Assembly: GCA_012295275.1 (NCBI GenBank)
Contig: CM022678.1
Location: 1,922,001 to 1,986,000 of the forward strand
Length of the DNA: 64,000 nt
Origin: Chrysomallon squamiferum
Lineage: Eukaryota; Animalia; Mollusca
Direction of reading: 5' to 3'
The notes beneath the pieces are model-generated. The model searched no databases. It saw only the letters and a program-made list of their open reading frames with translations, and was not told where the DNA came from. Of this stretch, positions 57,034-64,000 are shown piece after piece. Every line of letters starts with the position of its first letter. Position 1 is the first letter of the stretch. Both the position numbers and the translations under genes were made by a program.

Positions 57034-58752
57034 GAGTTAAACCACTGTCTAACAAAGACGTTTTTGTACACAAAAGCTACTCTACATAAAAATGTTTGAA
57101 GCTGTTTTTTTACTTACGATCATGCAGATCTCTTAAGTTTCTCTCAAACCGCTGAACTGGAATGCGTTCAACTGAAAAAGTAAATAAATAAATAAATAAA
57201 TATACAGTAATGAAAAATTTTGAAAGATATTAAATTTGTAGATATCAGGATGTTGGCCTGTTTTGAGATTACGAAGTTAACGCAAGAGTTTATTTTTATT
57301 TTATTTATTTTATTTTATTTCACCGAGACACACGGAAGGGAGAGTACTCTTAGTTACATTTACAGAGTTGTCTCCCTTTGGTACTTTTTTCTATTTTTTT
57401 AGTTACTTTCACCGTTATTTAATTTGCGTTTACAGAATTTTCTCTCTCACTGAAGTTTACGCAGAGTTATCTGAAGTACGATTACAGAGTTGTCTTTCTT
57501 AGTTATGTTTAACCAGTTTTGGACGGATGAATGTTTCAGAATCTCAGTGATGTTTAGGCATAAAAGAATAAAATTGTAACACAGTCACATATCATCCATA
57601 TTAGTGCGAGTTATCTATTTATTTAGCTATCTCTGTGTCTATATGTCTACCTATCTATCTATCTATCTACCTATATATATATATATATGTCTATCTATCT
57701 ACCTATTTATATATCTATCTATGGATCTATCTGTCAGTCTATCTGTTTACTCATTTATTTATCTATCTAGCTATTAAATATTTACTGTTTATTTATTTAT
57801 ATATTTTGTTTATGTATTTACCATTCTGTTAAATATCTATTGTTTTACCGTTCCACATGTGTCTCTTTATTCATCTGTCATACTTACACGATGAAGACAT
57901 CTCTTCAAACAGGTCACGTGCATCGCGCTCTCCAATCGCCTTGCTGAGCTCATCTACGTCAATGTGTCCGTCATTGTTCAGATCGAGGCTGGTGATGTCT
58001 CGTTTTCCGCTTCTCTGCTTGACGTATTCCCATATCTTTTTCACCGTGTTCCAGACTGCGGAACACAGAAACAGAAAACAAAGTCAGAAAAACCAATTTA
58101 AAAATTCAGATGTTGAAAAATGCCGATTTTTGTTTAATATCTTTCTCTCTCTCTCTTTATTTATCTCTTTCTGTCTTCTTCTGTCGTTTTCTCTGCGTAT
58201 CTATCTATCTAAGTATGTATCTAAGTATGTATGTATCTATCTATCTATTTATCTATTTATCTATCAGTCTATCTACTACTCTATCTATCTATCTGTCTAG
58301 CTATCAGTCTGTCTATCTATCTGGCTGTCTATCTCTTTCTATATATTTGTATTTTTGGATGTCTTTGTATCTATCTATATTTTAAACACAGAGACACACA
58401 CACAGATACACACACACACACTACACACAGACTCAGAGACTCACACACAGACGCACACACACACACAGACACACGCACGCACACACACTACACACAGACA
58501 CACACACACACTACACACACACAGACACACACACGCACACAGACACACACACACACATACACACACACACACAGTTTATTTTCGTGCTGTCAGACCCGCC
58601 CCGTGTTTCTCACCTTTGACGATCCTCGTCACTGTTCTGCCCACGCGTTTCACCGCGTTCTTCACGCGATTCCAGAACCGACGTCCTCGCCACGCGTCCA
58701 CGTCCTGAACAACCAGCAACGTCACCAGCAGGAAGACGACGGCAAGTTTCAT
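55996..58752 (-). CDS. Secreted peptide precursor B (126 aa): SP, cationic amphipathic peptide, GKR, acidic EF-hand propiece; candidate antimicrobial/cytolytic peptide
   Basis: Exons 58752-58614, 58055-57888, 57171-57118 and 56015-55996; all introns phase 1 with strong sites (gtgaga, gtaagt, gtaagt); 381 nt. Protein: MKLAVVFLLVTLLVVQDVDA-WRGRRFWNRVKNAVKRVGRTVTRIVKVWNTVKKIWEYVKQRS-GKR-DITSLDLNNDGHIDVDELSKAIGERDARDLFEEMSSSFERIPVQRFERNLRDLHDLAEEAL*. Confidence 0.9.
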
Positions 58753-58848
58753 CTGAAATTAAATCAGAGCAGTATCAGTCTGAAGAGTGTGCAGATAAAT
58801 AAATAAATAAATAAATATTTAACAAGCAAAGAAATGTATATGCATGTT

Positions 58849-58923
<75 letters not shown>

Positions 58924-59135
58924 GTATATATATATGTACGTAAATGTGCAAATTAATTTTATATTTTCTTGAGTAATTAACACACTGATATATATATAAT
59001 AATAGAAACAGAAATCAACTACATCAAGAATTTTGTGCTAAAACAAGTAGAACACAAAGATAACTGACAGTTTAGTTTTAATTTTTATTGTAGGAAAATA
59101 GTATTAACAATAAATAAACAACAGTAAATAAATGA

Positions 59136-59223
<88 letters not shown>

Positions 59224-59268
59224 GGAACAGATATTTGGATAGACAGAAAGAGACAGAGAGAACAGAAG

Positions 59269-59365
<97 letters not shown>

Positions 59366-59391
59366 TCAATAAGAAAAATCGTACAATTTAC

Positions 59392-59494
59392 CTTCAGTTG
59401 TTTCAGAACTCAACAAAAACAGTCAGAGAGAAACGAAATTTGATCAGCTGCTGATTTCTGTTTCAGCAAACGATTCTTTTAAAGTCTGCTGGTG
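59392..59494 (-). promoter_or_regulatory. Putative core promoter and non-coding exon 1 of peptide gene B
   Basis: Minus strand: TTTAAAA (about 59483-59477), then tcagc about 25-30 nt downstream, about 60 nt of leader and donor GAAG|gtaaat at 59392/59391. The coding exon begins cag|ATG, so an upstream exon is required. Confidence 0.55.
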
Positions 59495-59792
59495 ATAATT
59501 TTTAATTTACTCGCAGATTACTTTTCACGATAAAGACGGACATAACACTCAGAACCTGTGTGAAAATTGCCTCAAGAAATTCGCTGATTACTTCCAGGAA
59601 GACCGGGCAGCCAATGGAATTGTTCTGTGTAGCAGGTATTAATCTAATGTGTTAATATTCCGACACTGGAGTCATTTATCTTTGTGTCGTTGCTCACCAT
59701 TTGTGTTTGATGGTGCCTGTGCTAATGATAGGTGATAACAACAGTAATAAAAATAACAATATTATTAATAATAATATTAATAAAAAAAAAAA

Positions 59793-59829
<37 letters not shown>

Positions 59830-59914
59830 TCAATAAATTAATGAATAAATAAGTATTTAAATAAATTGTATTACACATTCTCGACACAGAAACAATGTTT
59901 GCTTTTATCTCTTA

Positions 59915-60007
<93 letters not shown>

Positions 60008-60348
60008 GTTGTTGTTGTTGTTGTTGTTTATTTATTATTTGTTATTTATTTACTTATTTATAGCTGTATAAGCACGTGTGTCTGTATGTATGTGTTTGTG
60101 TACTTTCAGTTTCACTCTAAGGACGGTGTACTGAACTTGCGCAGTGACAAATGTAAAAAAAAAAAAATAACAATGATGATTATGCAGTTATAAAAATCAC
60201 GTGACAAGAAACGTGTGTGTTTTAAAAGAGTAAATTTTTACAATAAACGTTGCTGATAAATAAATCATTTACAAAATAAATAAATAAACAAACAAACAAA
60301 CAAACAAACAAATAAATAAATAAATAAATAAACAAACAAACAAACAAA

Positions 60349-60379
<31 letters not shown>

Positions 60380-61476
60380 ACAAACAAATAAGTAAATAAA
60401 CAAACAAATAAATAAATAAACAAACAAATAAATAAGTAAATAAATAAATAAATAACCGAAATTAAAAGACGTGAAACAAACTACGCAATATTTTACAGAA
60501 ACCAAACAGTCGGCGTCCATAATACGGAGGTGGTCGCTGTACTGAATATTGAATTGAAGAAGTGAACTAGAAGGACGTTAAACGCCATCACAAAGAAAGA
60601 GATGAAAAAAAAATGATCACCTGGCGAAAGAAACAATTTAAAATCAGGTATAAATAAGAAGTAAAAAAAAAAAAGCACAAAGAAAACCCGCAGATTGCTT
60701 TTTATGTGTCGAGTCTGTATTAGACACGTGACGGAGAATATCGCTGATAAAACACCGTGCCCGATGAAGCGTGACGTTGGTACTGACGTCACTGTATTGT
60801 AACGAGTATATGAATGTACGTGTACGTATATATATATATTTATTTATTCTTTCTTTTCTTTTCTTTTCTTTTCTTTTTTTCTATATATACACAATGTATC
60901 ACAGACGTGGGTGGGAATCCTCAGCTAAACAAAAGAAAATTTACCTGTACGCGTCGTAAAGTACAGGTGTAACTTATGGGAACCGTTATTATTCCCAGGT
61001 AGAAATAATAATTAATGTCAAAAAAAATAAAAAAATAAAAAATACCTGTAACAGTAAGAAACAAAGCTAACAGGTGTAGAAAGGAATAAAACGTGGGATG
61101 TACCCGCTTGGGTGGAAAGGTGAAAAGTGTGAAAATTACAGGTGCAAGAAGTACCTGTGCGTTGAAGAGGTGATAGAGATTATAACGGGTATTGACAGGT
61201 GTAACTTGTCAGTGATTATGATTGATTGATTTGTTTATCTGGGGGATTTTTTTTATATATATATATATATATAAGGGAAGAGAGACTATGTGGTGGGGGA
61301 TTGTTGGTTTTTCTGTTATCACGTGATAGTTGAGATTATTTTATAAATGAAAAATAAAAATGTTGTTTTTCGTTATTTTCCATTCCTTTCAGACAGCTAT
61401 GACTGTTTATCATTAATTTTGATTTTGTGATTTGTTTGTTTGTTTTATTATTTGTTTGTTTAATGTGTTTTATTAT

Positions 61477-61539
<63 letters not shown>

Positions 61540-62451
61540 TTAATATTTTTTTATTTATTTGTTTGTTTGTTTGTTTGTTTATTTTATTTTATTAATTTAT
61601 TACATCTACATTTTATAACCGTCTTTTTTATATTTATTTATTTGTGTTCTTGCTTTATTTTAATGTTAGCTTATGTTTTCTTTTTAAATATTTATTTATT
61701 TACATGATTTATTTGTTTGTTCATTTATTTATTTATTTATTTATTTGTTCATTTATTTATTTATTTATTTATTTGTTTATTCATTCATTCATTTATTTAT
61801 TTATTCGTTTATTTATTTATATAACATTTTTCTCTATTAACTGTATTATTTTTCAAAAGCAAATGTAATTTCTTTTCAACAAGAAATACCAGGGCTCGAA
61901 CTCGTGACCTGCAGGGCCTCAGTAACATTCTTTACGTCGCGTTTCCACCTGACACAAAACGCGTCAGACTCGACAGACAGAACAATACGCGGGACGCGGT
62001 TTCTTTGTCTTTCAACAAACGGCGATATGTGTCCGTCGACAATACAGCGCTCGGCGCGAGATCATTGACTGATACGCTTACACGGTTAACATAAGCCCTG
62101 TCCGCGGCGCAACTCCACTCGCACACTGGTCTATTGTCTCGGTAAGCGTAGACTGACAAGGGGGGAGGGGTGGGGGACACGAGGTCACGCGGTCTCTGCG
62201 TGGTAAACGAGGCTAGAACAATACCAGGGCTTAACAATGTCCATTGTGAGCTGCGAAATTTGTGCTGAGTCATTTACCGAGATAAACATCAGTGATTTTT
62301 TTTTTTTTTTTTTTTTTAAATTTATTGTTATTATTATTATTATTTTTTTTTTTTTAATTTGTATATAGGTTATAGCAGAAGCGCTACATTGAAGATTTGT
62401 CATTTGTGGAAGTAATAAAATTACAATTCTATCTTACCTACCTTAAAATAA

Positions 62452-62490
<39 letters not shown>

Positions 62491-62801
62491 ATGTATGATG
62501 TAGCAAAACCCTTTTTTAAAATAATTTTATTTATTTATTTATTTTATTTTATTTTATTTTATTTTATTTTATTTTATTTTATTTCACTTAATTTTAATTT
62601 TATTTATTCGTTTATTATATATCTCTTTTTTGTTTATTTCTTATTTCTTAAAACTTAATTCTAGTATTCGAATTTACAAAACAGAAATAAAATAAATAAA
62701 AAAATATAAAAAATAAAATAAAATAAATAAATGAAATAAAATATTATTCTATTAAATTAAATAAACAAACAAACAAACAAACAAACAAACAAACAAACAA
62801 A

Positions 62802-62832
<31 letters not shown>

Positions 62833-63116
62833 AGTCACTTAAAAGGAAACGTCATGAAAACACTTTTTTTCAGTAATAGTCGGGGATTTCCGTCAGCTTA
62901 CCGAACAAATCCGAGCACTAAATACGTAATTAGTAACTTATGAGAGATTAGCAGTAATCTGTTTACTTAGGCTTTGTTTGAAAACCAACCAAGCAATCTA
63001 CGACTTATGTACTTTTCTCAATTCCACACTTTAAGTCTTTTTGCAGAAAGAACAATAAAACTGTTTTACCTGCAGTCCCAGATTATCTTATATCAATATT
63101 TTAACAGAATAGAGTC

Positions 63117-63207
<91 letters not shown>

Positions 63208-63372
63208 ATAGACAGAAAGAGACAGAGAACAGAGAAGAGAGAGACGGAACAGAGATTTGATAGACAGAGAGAGAACAGAAGGACAGATAGAGAAAGACCG
63301 AGAGAGAGAGAGAGGAGAGGGATATTTGGATAGACAGAGAGAACAGAAGGACAGATAGAGAAAGACAGAGAG

Positions 63373-63467
<95 letters not shown>

Positions 63468-63536
63468 GGAACAGATATTTGGATAGACAGAAAGAGACAG
63501 AGAGAACAGAAGGACAGAAAGAGAAAGACAGAGAGA

Positions 63537-63750
<214 letters not shown>

Positions 63751-64000
63751 TAAAAATTGTTTTGTTGTAGAAAACACAACGTCACTTTTTAACTCGCAGT
63801 CCCTCATTATTTTACATCTTTCTTTCTTTTTCTTCATTTTTTTTGTTTTTTCATCCACAAGTTTTTATTTTTTTATTTGTTATAAAACTGTGGTATATAA
63901 CTTGTAGTTAATAACTGCTGATACAAAAATGTATATGGGCATGATTGAATGTGTGTGTGTGTACGTGTGTGAGTGTCTTTATATATATATATATTTGTAT

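Noticed and set aside
60493-60792. 99-aa hydrophobic ORF as a third peptide gene downstream of the distal promoter copy
   Set aside because: It lacks the cag|ATG 139-nt exon scaffold and a convincing signal peptide; its hydrophobicity comes from T-rich sequence.
61932-62273. 113-aa minus-strand ORF as a gene, or as a tRNA/SINE because of a nearby B-box-like motif
   Set aside because: No recognisable domain or supported splice structure, and no A-box or cloverleaf could be built.

Overview
Eukaryotic, AT-rich, microsatellite-dense animal genomic DNA. A mollusc/lophotrochozoan origin is only a guess from the gene content. Almost all long ORFs in the supplied track are microsatellite artefacts, so genes were rebuilt by hand from GT-AG splice sites and exon phases. 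The window holds: (1) 1-23 kb, four alternately oriented paralogues of a 3-Ig-domain type I membrane receptor with a divergent N-terminal domain and two tyrosine motifs in the tail; two are membrane forms, one has lost its TM exon in frame, and one is broken; (2) 24.8-50.4 kb, two tandem SLC17/sialin-like transporter genes, the second with altered substrate and proton-coupling residues; (3) five intron-containing elongator tRNA-Met(CAT) genes; (4) 53.5-59.5 kb, two small secreted-peptide genes on the minus strand that the ORF track essentially misses. The larger one encodes a signal peptide, a 42-aa Cys-free, Trp/Arg/Lys-rich amphipathic peptide (net +13), a G-KR amidation/cleavage site and an acidic EF-hand propiece. 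This candidate antimicrobial or cytolytic peptide precursor is the most interesting item. A recurring theme is tandem repeats whose unit is a splice junction or a whole micro-exon.
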